Assembly (NCBI GenBank): GCA_951804945.1
Contig: OX638149.1
Span: 75,702,001 to 75,766,000, forward strand
DNA from: Podarcis cretensis
Taxonomy: Eukaryota
DNA: 64,000 nucleotides
Direction: 5' to 3'
Made by a program: the position numbers and the translations under genes. The notes beneath the pieces were generated by a model. That model saw only the letters and a program-made list of their open reading frames with translations. It searched no databases and was not told the origin of the DNA. Below are positions 48,671 to 61,330 of this stretch, in pieces; position 1 is the first letter of the stretch; every line of letters starts with the position of its first letter.

Positions 48671-50486
48671 CATATAATAACTCCTTCCCAAATCCCTTTA
48701 AGACTGTCTCTTAATTGCCTTGCAGGGAAGCCCAAATGGGCTATAGCAGCAGGATCAAATGCAGACACCCTTAAGTAGGGAATGATCAGCAAATGAGGCA
48801 ATGAATATTTATATAGATGTGTACTGAAGCACAGTGGAAGACAATTCAAGTTATCTGAGGAAAACAAAGAGAGCAGATATGTAAACATAAACTGCAGTCT
48901 AAAGTGTGAGACCCAGAAACAACAAAACAAACGTTTGTTTACACATGATAGTATCCTTAAGCCCCTCACACTGTATTTGTGCAAAAGTGTGAATGTTCTG
49001 CAAATTAATTATTTTAAAAATAGGGATTTTCAAATGCAAGTCAAGCTGAACCCTGGCAGTGGATTCAGGGTTTCACCCAAGCAGAATCCCAATAAAAACG
49101 AAGTAGGACTCTCTAGTAGATTTCAGCAGCATGTGCAAGGTCAATGGAATCCATCTTTCTCATTGCGTAACACCTCCACATATGCCCAGTGAGGCCACTC
49201 TAGGCTGTGTTTAAGGATGTGGCAGACACAACATCAGGAAAAGCAATGCATAAAGGGGATCAGAGAACGATGTACTAGTCAAGAAACAAATCCCAATCAT
49301 GCCTCTAGCCAACTGTCTCTTCAGTGGGGGAAACAACAGGTAATGAAATCAGTCATATCAGCCTCAGCAAATCGTCACATGGTCTCATCACACGTATACA
49401 AGCATGTGTCTATTTGACTATATGTGTTAGTATATACTATACATACATATGACCGACAGTCTATGCAACAAAGTGCAAGGCATATCAAAAAGGATATTAA
49501 ATATACACCTAATGTTCTCTCAGAGATGCAAAATAATGATGGAGTGCTTGTTCTGAGTGCTAATACTCTTGTTTAAAGTCTGCTTAAAACATCTTGCTCT
49601 TTGGTGTGGAGATTGTAGTATTTACATACATATTTTATCATGTCTTTGATGAGACTGTGTGACAATTTGATGAGTCCAGCGTGTGACTGGTTTATATTTC
49701 TTCAAAGTGAAGAAACCGTAGCTCCTGGTAAAGAGCCAACAAGCTATACACATATTGGAAACCATTTCTTGCCACATAAACTCATTTGTGTACTCTTCCA
49801 CATATTATTTTCGCTCCCTGGTGGCTTAAGAATGGGTTCTCCAGAATCCACTGCATTACGGATCAGATACAGTTATTGTAGCAGATTTGGATGCAGGAAA
49901 ATAACTTCCTGGGGTGAAGTTCAGTTGTTCTGCCCAATTTTATGCATGCTAATCAAGGCAGGTTTTACATTTGCATTGTACATGTGGGGAAAGCAAAAAC
50001 ATTTAAAACAGGGGTGAGGAATTTTGCACACACACATATGGCAGTTGCTAAATGAAAGGAAAGTCAATTGGAAGGACATAGTTGACAGTATGCAGAACCA
50101 GGGTCAATATTGGCTGGAGTCAGAGCCCAAAGTGGACAGAGCTACATCATCTCCCTCCCTCTCTTTTGGCCCCCCTCTCTGATGCGTTCTGCCACTCCAT
50201 TCTTTCCCTTTTTTCCTGCCGCCCCTCTTGTCCTTATTTCGTGGTTTCTAGAACACACACGTTCTTCCGCCATCCTCTTACAGCTCAGAGCTGCCTCTGA
50301 CTCTGCTGGGCCTTCAGACATATGAATTATAGTGGAGATTGCTGGATAGCTAGACACATATACTGTACATGCACATACACAAATCTTGGTCAGAGGTGGT
50401 GCAGTTGTAAAGAGCAAAGTCAGAGAAAAATGAAATATACAAAAACACATGCATATATAACTGCAAAAAATTAGTTTGTATATATA

Positions 50487-50590
50487 AGGTGGACTGTAGT
50501 CCACAAAGGCTTATGCCAGAATAAATTTCTTAGTCTTTAAGGTGCCCCAGGACTCTCTGTTCTTTTTGCTGCAACAGCAATGGCTACCAT
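50487..50590 (+). mobile_element. Penelope-like element terminal fragment
   Basis: GTGGACTGTAGTCCAC hairpin followed by GCTTATGCCAGAATAAAT...TAGTCTTTAAGGTGCC, which resembles reptile Penelope ends. Confidence 0.5.
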
Positions 50591-50809
50591 TCTGGACATA
50601 ATTAATAACAGTAATTCACAAAACTGTTGTTGTTGTTGTTGATTATAACAACAACAAAGCCATTCTGGCATTGGAAAGTTAATTAACACACAGTGTGTTA
50701 AAAATCTGTTGTTCTGATTCAGTCCACAAGTGATACCATTGAACTTTTTTATGAATTGTAGTGGTTTCAGGTTGCTGTCCCCTTTTGAAGTTCCTTTGTT
50801 TCAATACTG

Positions 50810-51389
50810 CAGGGGTAGTCAACCTTTTTTTTAAAGGGACGCAGGTGGCGCTGTGGGTTAAAGCCTCAGCGCCTAGGGCTTGCCGATCGAAAGGTCGGCG
50901 GTTCGAATCCCTGCGGCGGGGTGCGCTCCCGCTGCTCGGTCCCAGCGCCTGCCAACCTAGCAGTTCGAAAGCACCTCCGGGTGCAAGTAGATAAATAGGG
51001 ACCGCTTACCAGCGGGAAGGTAAACGGCGTTTCCGTGTGCGGCTCTGGCTCTGGCTCTGGCTCTGGCCAGAGCAGCTTTGTCATGCTGGCCACGTGACCC
51101 GGAAGTGTCTCCAGACAGCGCTGGCCCCTGGCCTCTTAAGTGAGATGGGCGCACAACCCCAGAGTCTGTCAAGACTGGCCCGTACGGGCAGGGGTACCTT
51201 TACCTTTACCTAGTCAACCTTTTTATACCTACCGCCCACTAATGCATCTTTCTTGATAGTAAAATTTATTACCGCCCACCAGTGCTCAATGGAAGGAGGA
51301 TTCAGCTTGTGCCGTAGAACCCCCTACCACCCACCTAGAATCCGGAAACGCCCACTAGCGGGCGGTAGGGACTAGGTTGACAACCCCTG
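50810..51389. mobile_element. hAT-type MITE interrupted by a Sauria SINE
   Basis: TIRs CAGGGGTAGTCAACC/GGTTGACAACCCCTG with 8-bp TSD CAATACTG. Confidence 0.85.
50836..51210 (+). mobile_element. Young Sauria (Squam1) SINE nested in a hAT MITE
   Basis: Near-identical to the 46394 copy; TSD TAGTCAACCTTTTT is derived from the host MITE terminus. Confidence 0.92.
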
Positions 51390-51887
51390 CAATACTGAAT
51401 GTGGCCACCTTAAGTTTAGTTACAGTGTATCCTGGGAGGTTAAAATATTCCAACATTAGTTTTTCAGTTGTATTGCCATTTCTGATGTCATATCAGTGTC
51501 TATTTATTCTTTTGTGTAGAGATTGGCCTCTTTGCCTTATGTAGGAGTTGAGTATTGCTGGCAAATGATGTTATTACATTGCAAAGTGAACAAGGCAATG
51601 GACACCTGATGTTGTGGGTTCCATTCATTCTACATTCCAACATACTGATTTCATTCAAACATATTACGTTTTCAGACAGGTAGCCATGTTACCATCTGTT
51701 GCAGCAAAATCAACAGGGTCTTGTGGCATGTTGATTTTTAAAGTGATAATGATAAGGCTTTCCTTGGATAAAACTATCAATAAACCTTACTTTAATCTTA
51801 AAACATAATCAATTTTCCTCCATTGCTATGGGATTGTCCAGTGGAGGAGGTATAGTTGCATTTGCTGGGTTGAGAAGGAGGGCTGTT

Positions 51888-52070
51888 TAGGAAGTTGCCT
51901 TATACGGAGGTCAGGCCATTGGTCCTTCTAGCCCACTATTATGTCCACTGACTGGGAGCAGCTCTATCCAGGGTTTCAGATTGGTGGCATTCCCACCTAC
52001 CTGGAGATTAAATGTAGAGCCTTCTGCATGCAAGGCAGATGCATTACCCCTGAGCTATGGAGTTTCCCCA
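51888..52070 (-). mobile_element. Squam3-like SINE (degenerate)
   Basis: Reverse-complement similarity to the copy at 60073. Confidence 0.5.
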
Positions 52071-53571
52071 TCCTTTCACAGCCATTGCAGTTAGCAATGC
52101 AAATAGCAGTTTCACAGTCATCTGCTAGGAAACACCAACCTGGAAAATGTCTCCCAGACTTAGCAATATGTGACAATTGACATGTGTGAATGAACACACC
52201 TGATCCCCATGCAAAACTAATACTGTTTAGTGGAGACTGTTCACACATTCGGCTCAGGGTCAACAAGTGCTGCCGTTGCATCTGTGAACTGTTCCAGTGA
52301 TGGAGGGAAAGAGTGAGAGCACTCAATGGGGGCAACATGACCCAGGCAGATTCCTGATTCCTGCCCAGTCTGCTCAGGAGAATGTGAGGGTGTCGAGAAG
52401 GCCAGTGTCACAAAGGGACCTGCAGCTGCAGGAGTATAGTGGAGGTGCCCTGCTCTTGCTAGCGACCTTCCTTCCTTCCCCTTCCTTTCCTCCAGGCTCC
52501 AGGGCTGTATTTAGGGCCTCCAGGTGCCGCTCTGTCCGCATTTGTTTGCAGTCAATATTCATGTGCTTCTATCATCTGGGTGGCTCTTTTCACAATGATC
52601 AGCCGGGCAGAAGGCTGAGTGACAGGAGACTCGTGGCTCCACTGCTTTTGGAAAGGAAAAGGAAGGAATAGAATGGAAGTTGCCTGCAGCTTGCATAGGG
52701 GGAATTCTTCATTACTCTTCAGAGGTGGGACAGGGAATTATTTGACAATCCAGGATTGTACATTTTTGAAGGAAAGGATGGTATAGATTGGCTACACAGA
52801 ATAGGCATGTGCAATTATTTATGCATGCTTTTTTAAAAAAACCCCACACACAACTGAAACCAAATATGTGTCATGCTAACCAGACAAGATAAACTCACAA
52901 ATGTTAGCCCTAATGTTTCCCAGTTCACAAAGGTTAGCCCTTTACTCCAAATGATAAATTGAAATATCTCCATTTGCCAAAGAGCACATAATAAGCGGCA
53001 AAGACACAACTAAAGCTTTATTAATCTGTAGCAAGAAGAAAGCAAAACCAAAAAACTGTACAGTGCAGTACTAAGACTATCTGCACAGAAGTACAGTAAA
53101 TCCCACTGAGTAAATCCCAACTTGCTCCCAGGTAAGTATGCATATAGTTGTAGACTTAGTTTAATCTGACACACACTAGGTAAGACCTGATGTATTCAGT
53201 GTGGCTGATGGCCTAATAAGTATGCCTAGGGTTGCACTCCAAAGGTGGCACCTAAACACACTTGGATATATTCAAGTTAGTGTGGCTCATTTCCAACTAA
53301 ACTTGCATAGGATTGTGCTGCGTGCACAGACTCCAGTCCTACATGCATGTAAAAAAAATAAAATTGTTTGGTTCATTTCATTGGGCCTTACTTCCACGTA
53401 AACATGCACAGGTTCAGACTTGATGCTAGCTCATGGCCAAATGCACAAAATGCATCAATAATCCTATTAGCAGAGAACTGCACCTGGCCTGTTAGAGCTG
53501 CTTGTTATTGACTCTGCTGTGGTGATCCTGTGACATGGCTTGATGGATCAACATTCCTGTACTGTGAAAGA

Positions 53572-53877
53572 GTGACCTGGGTGGCGCTGTGGTCTAAACC
53601 ACTGAGCCACTTGGGCTTGCTGATCCGAAGCATACCTGTGCAAGTAGATAAATAGGTACTGCTGCGGCGGGAAGCTAAACAACATTTCCGTGCGCTCTGG
53701 TTTCCGTCACAGTGTTCCATTGCACCTGAAGCGGTTTAATCTTGCTGGCCACATGACCCGGAAAGCTGTCTGTGGACAAACACCGGCTCCCTTGGCCTGA
53801 AAGCGAGATGAGCACCGCATCCCATAGTCCAGCCTTTGACTGGACTTAACCATCTAAGGGTCCTTTACCTTTTACCT
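53572..53877 (+). mobile_element. Older Sauria SINE with internal deletion
   Basis: GGTGGCGCTGTGG head, GCAAGTAGATAAATAGGTAC core, ACCTTT tail. Confidence 0.8.
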
Positions 53878-56800
53878 CTTAGTGTTAAAGTCTAGAGGAG
53901 GTATCTGAGGAGGGGGGAGCTTCATGGGTAGGAGGGGGAGTGAGGCCAGCCTGCTGCCCTTGCCTCTAACATAGCAAAACTCCCCACTCCCATGCATTGG
54001 GTGTGAATGTCTGCATAGTGAATGCTGATTTATGCATGTTCTGGAACCTTGCAAAATCAGGGTTCCAGAACCCTGTGCTCTCTGCATGCAGGTTTCTCAT
54101 CAAATGTCCATGTTCAACATATAGGTGTCAAGGATGGGCTCAGACAGCTGTGTGATTTTGGACATAGAGGAATGGTCCCATTGCTTCTTCTGTGCATGAG
54201 GATCCTTCATATGAGGATGACACATGAAGGAGTCAAAAGCAGTTTGGCACATGTACAGACAACTTGCACACACATTCAGAGCAAAGCACGTACAAGCCTA
54301 GAATTTATCCTTTTTAAAAGAAATAAAGTTTAATGTGAAAGGAAAGAAGGTGACATTGAAGAAACCACAAGAAATAAAGAAAGCTATGGTGAGGATTTCT
54401 ATACTATGCCACACAACAGTTCGTTTATATCACATTCATTTTGATAAGGTACACATTCTGATGAACAGACGGGGTGGTAAAGCTAGCATAGCCCTGATCA
54501 CTTAATATATTTAACATACGCTTTCCAAATTAATAATCTCATTTTACAGAGAAACTGAAGTACAAACATAAACTGTCGGCAGTGTTGTGAGTGGCATGTC
54601 AGTCCGGAGCTTAATTTTGGTTTTCCAACTCTTGAGCCACCCCCTGTTGAGCAGCTTGATTTGCCTCAATTGGTAGGTGACAATGTTTATCTTCTTCCCC
54701 TGGAAAGCTTCGCCTGCTGATTTCTACTCATCGGCTGCTGTCAAAGACATGGCTCCCCGCCCCTAAAGTTGCTAAGTTACCAACTCAGTTTAAGGGCAAG
54801 CAATAGTACAAGTTAAATGTGACTATGTGTTGCTCACACCACATTTTTATCCAGAGTGAGAAGAAACACTCCTCTCTCTCTCTCTCGCTCTCTCTCTCTC
54901 CCCCCCCCCCCCCCGCATTTTACCATGCAGATGAGCTCAGTGTCTTCAGCGCAAAGCTTTTCCAGAGAGTCACTGTTCTGGTCTTTGCAATCAATTGATA
55001 CATGATAATTAGATTCCTCGAGAAAAGCCAAACAAAGGCTGCCATTCACCCCCTGCTTCTCCCACATGAATCCCAGTGAGAGAGATCTGGGACATTCGGC
55101 AGAAACCAGACAGCCAACATTCTCCAGCACTAAAAACACAATTTGGCTTGGGGTGTTCATTTAACAAACAGATCCTTGAACCTTGCTTCTGTTTTCAGCT
55201 TATTTAAACCATGTTTCTTTGTACTCAGTTCATTAAAACATGTCTTTTCCTACGATCTGTTTTTACGTTTCAAGAATCCAGTATTGTATTTTTGCGGTGG
55301 CAGATGGCCCTAAACATCCCATGGTAAGTGAGTTGGCAAGATTCAAGTACACACACACACACACACACACACACTTCAAGAACACTTTTTGTAACCAATC
55401 ACTCCTCGCCTTCGACCAGGCCAAAGGAGATGGTGAGGGAATTTTTATTTGCTGCGACTCAAACCCCAAATCCAAGGAAGTTCACTGTGAGGAGGATGTA
55501 TTATGAAAATTGCACAAATTATGCTAATTTGATCATTGGACTTCAGACTATGCAGTTTCATCATGGACAGCAATAGCTGATTGGCAATAGGAAGTAACAA
55601 CAAACAATTGCCATGTGTGGAGAGAGACAAAGAGAAGGCCATCACTGTACTTTACCTCTTCCATGACTCCAATACAGTGGCTCTCAGGACAGCTACAGCA
55701 GCCCCAAGAAGCTCTCAGTTCAAGGTGAGCAGGCCTGATGGATCTTCCTGGGCACATTTCTGTAAAGCAGAGGGAGCTGCCATCTCAGTCACTGCATCCT
55801 CCTGTTGGAAAGTGACAGCAGCAGCAGCAGCAGCAGTTTCTATCCCTGGAGCTGAGCCTGGAGAGATCTCCACCTGTAGCCCTTCTGCTTGAGCTGGGTG
55901 CTTTCCAGTGCTGGTGCTGAAAGCATGAAGCGGCAGGAGCCAACAAGTTTTTTTCAGTGTGCCAAAGCATGTGGGGCAGGTCTGTTCAGCTACAAGGTCT
56001 GGCACTTGCAATTCCCTTGAGAGTCCTCACTGGTTGATCTCAGGTGTGTGGATGCAATGCATCAAGCAGGTCACCACTTCCATTCCTGTTTCTCTTGTTG
56101 TACATTCAGTCAAGTGCTGCACAACAGCTTTGATGCTGGCATGCCATATCAGGCATGCTACAGCCTAGGTGAATAGCCCTACGTTGCTAGAAATGATGAG
56201 CTGGGCTGGGCTGGGCTGGGCTGGGATAGTTAGCACTGGCAGTTTCACATTTGTTATTAAAAACCAAGTATGTTGTGAAAAGAACAACCGCATCAGCCAC
56301 AGCCAAACAGGTACTCACCATGAAGTCTTAGAACTGAGTCATGAGAAAACAATTTAACATCGACTGCAATATATTGTACAGACCTTTCTTGGATCTGTCC
56401 TTCACAAGGGGTGACTTGCTTCTGACGCAGGAAATGATGTTCGTATAATATGAAGCAAAAGTCCTGCTAGCTAGTTGTACAGGAGTCAAATCTTTACGCT
56501 GGTGTAGAGCTCTGTTGATTCTGAAGAGGCTTTTCATAGATAATCTTGCAGCAGTAAGGCTTGCACAGGCAAGGCTAACAAAGGCATAAGACAAAGAAAA
56601 TCAAAGACAATACACACGAGTGTGTGTATTTAAGTGCTTGCAGATTTCAGGAGAGAAAAGTGAGAAATCTACTTTAGTATTCTTTGCCCTTCCTAAAGAA
56701 GCTATGTTTTCAGTTCAGTGAACAAAACTGCACACTGAAACACCAAGACATTCGCTTTAAGTTTTTGTCTAATGGGAAAAGATCAAATTTCTGTGAATAC

Positions 56801-56982
56801 ATTTTCTACTGAAAACAAGGGGGGGAAAAAACAACCTGAAGAAAGAGGTGAGATTAAGGGTTTCTAGGCCACGGAGGTCAAATGAGACACGTACAAAATT
56901 TGTTGAACATTTTCTTCTCAACAATCACAGGCAAGTTGTCACAAAGTTTTTTTATGATACCCACAAAAGCACACTGTTGTAT

Positions 56983-56999
56983 GTGCTCCCTCTACTGGC
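56983..56999 (-). promoter_or_regulatory. Candidate CTCF site
   Basis: The minus strand reads GCCAGTAGAGGGAGCAC, close to the CCASYAGRKGGCRS consensus. Confidence 0.4.
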
Positions 57000-57109
57000 T
57001 CAGTTTCAGCACTGATGCTCAATGATATATAATGCTTTCTGTGCTTTAAGGATGTCATATGAAATGTGAAATGTAATGTCTCCTGCGCTATTTTGTGTAA
57101 TGCAGAATG

Positions 57110-57345
57110 GACTTACGGGATTCAGTATCACAAGATGTGGTGGTAGCCATTGCCTTAGATGGCTTTAAAAGGGGGCTAGTAAAATTCACGGAGGAGAGGT
57201 CTCTCCCATGATGAATATCAAATGCAGGAAACAAAGAATAGAGGAGAGCCGTTACCTCTGGGAACAAAATGACCAGCTTTCTGAATTTCCCTTAAGTATT
57301 TGGATGGTCACTTGTGGAAACAGAATGCTGGACTTGATGGGCCCT
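57110..57345 (+). mobile_element. CR1 3' fragment
   Basis: GATGTGGTGGTAGCC...GATGGCTTTAAAAGGGG...GCTGGACTTGATGGGCC. Confidence 0.5.
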
Positions 57346-60072
57346 CAGGACTCATGATGTAAATGTGAGTCCAGGTATGAAATATAACTCCTTTTGACCA
57401 AGGAAAAATATTTTACGGGCAGTTATCATACTGCCTACCACCAAAACTTGCTCTTGTTGCCTGCTTCTTTAGTTTCAAGGGGCAGAAGAGACACCCCTGA
57501 TTTTGACAACTGGCAACATTTAGGTTTGTTTCCTCCTGGTTCCTGTAGTTGCTGTCTAGTCTATATTCTATAACAGAGCAAAGAGACAACAGGCCGTTCA
57601 AAGCAAGGGCTAGTATTGGAAGTGGAGCATCAAACCTACCTACAAGATATTACAGTGAACAGTTCTGAGAATTAACTGCCCTGACCATTAGTTCTCCTTT
57701 TGCTGCATGTTCAGAAGGCAGTACAGTGTCTGCCTCTGACTGGTAAAGAGCCCAGTCACGGGACCACTTTAATCCATTGCTGCCTCGGAAAGTGTTTTTG
57801 CTTAAACCAGCTGATTTTTAGTTGCGGTTGTGTAGCTGCCAAATGACATGCACAGGAGCTGTTGTGGATTACATTTTGCCACTCAACTTGCAAACCCTCA
57901 ATAGGTTCAGCATGTGATTGAAGGCAAAATCTGGCCCACAACTGAGGTTAGCTTGCTGAGACTTGGTCAAAAAGGGGAAGAAAGCAGCAAATATGCCCTG
58001 GCTGCTATCCATTAGCACATATAATAGGAATGGCCCTCCCCTCCCTACGCAAGGGGCATGAGAATACGTATTTCCACAATACTTAGCTCATTTCAATTCA
58101 ATTTAATTTTTTAATGCTTTTTATTGTATGGTTTTATGCACAGTTGTTGTAAACCGCTCAGATATATTTTATAAATAGTGGTACATAAATATTTTTTATA
58201 AATAAATATACGTGTAAATGAGGCAGCACTGTAACAGTTGACGTTATGGTCTCTGAAGAGTGGAGGCCATTCTTGCAATTGCCATTCACACATCAGATCG
58301 TGTCTGTCAAGCAAGCACTACGACAGGCACATAGACTAACTCTTGCACCAGTTTAGTCTGACACTGCAGACTGGGCTGACAAAACTGGTCTCAATGCGGA
58401 TCACAAAATGCCACAAGAGAGCAGAAGTAATAGCATTCCTATGTTTTTCTCACTGTAATTATTCAAGAAGAAAAAAAGAATTACATTACAGATTCACCAT
58501 TTATTTTCAGAGTACTGAGTTAAAATGAAGCTGCTTCCGCTGGCGTTTAAACTTATTGAGCGAGATTTTCCAAAACATTCACAATGTAGTTGATGGTGTT
58601 GAACAACATGGGGAGAGCCACAGGTTAGGCACCCTTGCCTTATGGCCTGTAAAGATACACTTGGAAATGTTTGGCCTGTTGAAACCCTTGAAGCCAGAAA
58701 GATAGGTGACTACAATGTCCACTGGCTTCTTGCCTGACAGTGTTCATGATTAGCAAAACTGGAGTTAATTATGCAAAATAAGATCATTTATGCTCCTTTC
58801 TTTAAATTGCACCTTTCATGAATGTCACAAAATCCAGCTATTTGTAGAGCTGAGTCTGAATTGCCTGGGCACCACATTTTAATTTTGTTTAGTACGCACA
58901 GTCTTGTTTATGTCTTTGCATGTGCATTCTTTGGAAAAACAGGAAATTCCATGCAGCCCCACTGAAGATGGAGGAGTGAGGGAGACGAAAGCAATTTCAC
59001 TGGGAGCAGTGATGTTAGCTACAGATAATATCTGTCACAGAATGCATTTGAAGCTTAATACATATAACTGGAGAACACAAGAGACTAGGTTAAAATAACA
59101 TGAAGGTTAATAGGGCTCAAAGCAGATTTGATCTTTTCCACAGAACGTGATTTACGATTTTAACCTTAAACTTTTGAAAATGGTAAAAGAAATTTGCCCA
59201 CTCTTCCTTAATCTGTGTTTTTAACTTTTCTGCTAACCTTTAAGCCCTGGACAGTGCTTCTCCTGTGAAGACATTTTGTAATGACTTCAAAACTTCAACT
59301 CTGAGTTTGCAAAAACATTGTGATAATACAAATCCCTAATCCGATTGCTAGTTCAGTTTTAGTCACACCATGGATATTAATTACCCCGCCCCCACTACTG
59401 TGATCCATTTCCTTTTAATTAATTACTTTTTTCAGCTGCTTTTGTTATATTAATTAATGCCACATTCAGAATTGATGCCATTCTCACTGATAACTGAGGC
59501 AAATAGTTTCAAGCACATAACTTTCCTAACCATTCAGTCTCTCAATCCACATTCAGTTTTGGATTAGCTGCTTTGATTCTCCTTCCAGAAAGGCATGCTA
59601 ATGCTCTCTTTCTTTTGGCAGTCAGGACCACCTGTAACCCACATAAAGATGCACCTAAATGTGTATAATGCATGAATTCCATTGGTCAGGTAGGAAAAAA
59701 TCCCACCTTAACTCCACCAGGGCAAATTTGGGTCTTTGAAATTTCAACAGTGCTCCATGCAAGGCAAAAATTCACCACTCACCTCTCGCCTTCCGTTCTG
59801 CTCAATTCACTATGTCGTAATTGCAATACCCTACTAGATCCAAGACAAAATTTCTCAGATGACATTTTTCTGATAACTTGTTTATTACTTTTCTTCAGAA
59901 GGTCACTTTGCAGAATGTTGGCTGAATAGCCACCCTTTTTCTGGCTGCTGCCACCCTCCACCCAACCCTGCGCAGCCCACAATGCCCCTGAATGATGCTT
60001 GGTCTGAGGCATTGTGATGAATGCGAAAAGAAAGAGGTTGTGTTAGTGCCACTGCAAATGACAAGCCATTCA

Positions 60073-60255
60073 GGGGGGAAGGCCATAGTTGAGTGGCAGA
60101 ACATTTGCTTTGTACATAGATGGTCTCAGTTTCACCAGGTATAACTGGGAGACAACCCTGTCTGAAAATCTGGTGAGTCCCTTCCAATCACTGTTGACCA
60201 TGTTGAGCTTGATGGACCAATGGTCTGAACTCTGGATGAGGGAGCTTAATAAGCC
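60073..60255 (+). mobile_element. Squam3-like SINE
   Basis: GGAAGGCCATAGTTGAGTGGCAGAACAT tRNA-like head and GATGGACCAATGGTCTG tail. Confidence 0.5.
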
Positions 60256-60379
60256 CTGCCTACAAGAAACTGTTGGAGAATTTATTCTCCTTCCTTGAAA
60301 AATTTGGTGAAATGGACCCCCAATTTCTCTGTTGGCAAAGAGGATGGAAAATTTCAATAGGATATTTGTCCACAATTTC

Positions 60380-61330
60380 TCAAAAACAAGTCTTGCTAGA
60401 CTCAATCTCATTTCTTTTTATATATAGAGAGAGTTACAAGCTTGGTGGAGCAAGGGAATGCTGTGGACATAGTGTATCTTGATTTCAGTAAGGCTTTTGA
60501 CAAAGTCCCCCCATGATATTCTTGTAGAGAAACTGGTAAAATGCGGGCTGGAAGAGGTAACTTAGGTGGATTTGTAGCTGGTTGACTGACTGAACCCAAA
60601 GAGTGCTCACTAATGGTTCCTTGTCATCCTGTGTTTTTCACAACTGCTGCACATTGGGTTGACATCTTCATAGAGCTATCCACTATGATCCCAAGGTTTC
60701 ATTCCTGGTCACTCACTTCGAGTTTAGACCCCATGAGCATATATGTGAAGTTAAAATGTTTTGGTCTTACATACATCACTGTACACATTGTTACATTGAA
60801 TTGTGTTTGCTATTTTACTGCCCTTTCACTCAGTTTGGAGAGGTCCTTTTAGAGCTCTTTGCAACCCCCCTTTTAAAACCACCCAAAACAACTGTTCACC
60901 CCTAACTCTAGAACATTTATGAGCAAGTTTAAAAGTACAACACCTATCCTTGGAGAACTACATTTTTTTACATCCCTCCTAGGACAAGTGTTCATTTATT
61001 CCTGCTCTCTGCTTCATTATTTAACCAGTTCCTGATCCACAAGAAGAACTCCCCTCTTATTCCATGACTGCTAAGCTTTCTCAGGAGTCTTTGCTAAGAG
61101 ATTTTTCAGAAGGTGTCCAAGCACACAATATCAACTGGATCACTTCTCTCCATATGCCTGTTGACATTCTCAAATAACTTTAATAAGCTCGTGAGGCTTG
61201 ATTTACCCTTGTAGAAGCCATGCTGGCCTTGCTTTAGCAAGGCTTGCTCTTCCATATGCTTATTTTATCTTATCTTTAACAATAGTTCCACCAATTTTCC
61301 CCAAACAGGCATTCAGCTAACCAGCCTGTC
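60380..61330. mobile_element. Two opposed CR1 RT fragments (+ strand to ~60625, then - strand)
   Basis: VDIVYLDFSKAFDKVP on the + strand; a QHGF motif and RT-region sequence on the - strand. Confidence 0.7.

Noticed and set aside
50487-50520. Penelope-associated hammerhead ribozyme
   Set aside because: Only the stem GTGGAC-TGTA-GTCCAC remains. The CTGANGA and GAAA core motifs are absent, so it is not a functional ribozyme.
60380-61330. Single CR1 with a twin-priming inversion
   Set aside because: Both halves cover the same RT region (YLD..K.FD-like), so two separate insertions are more likely.
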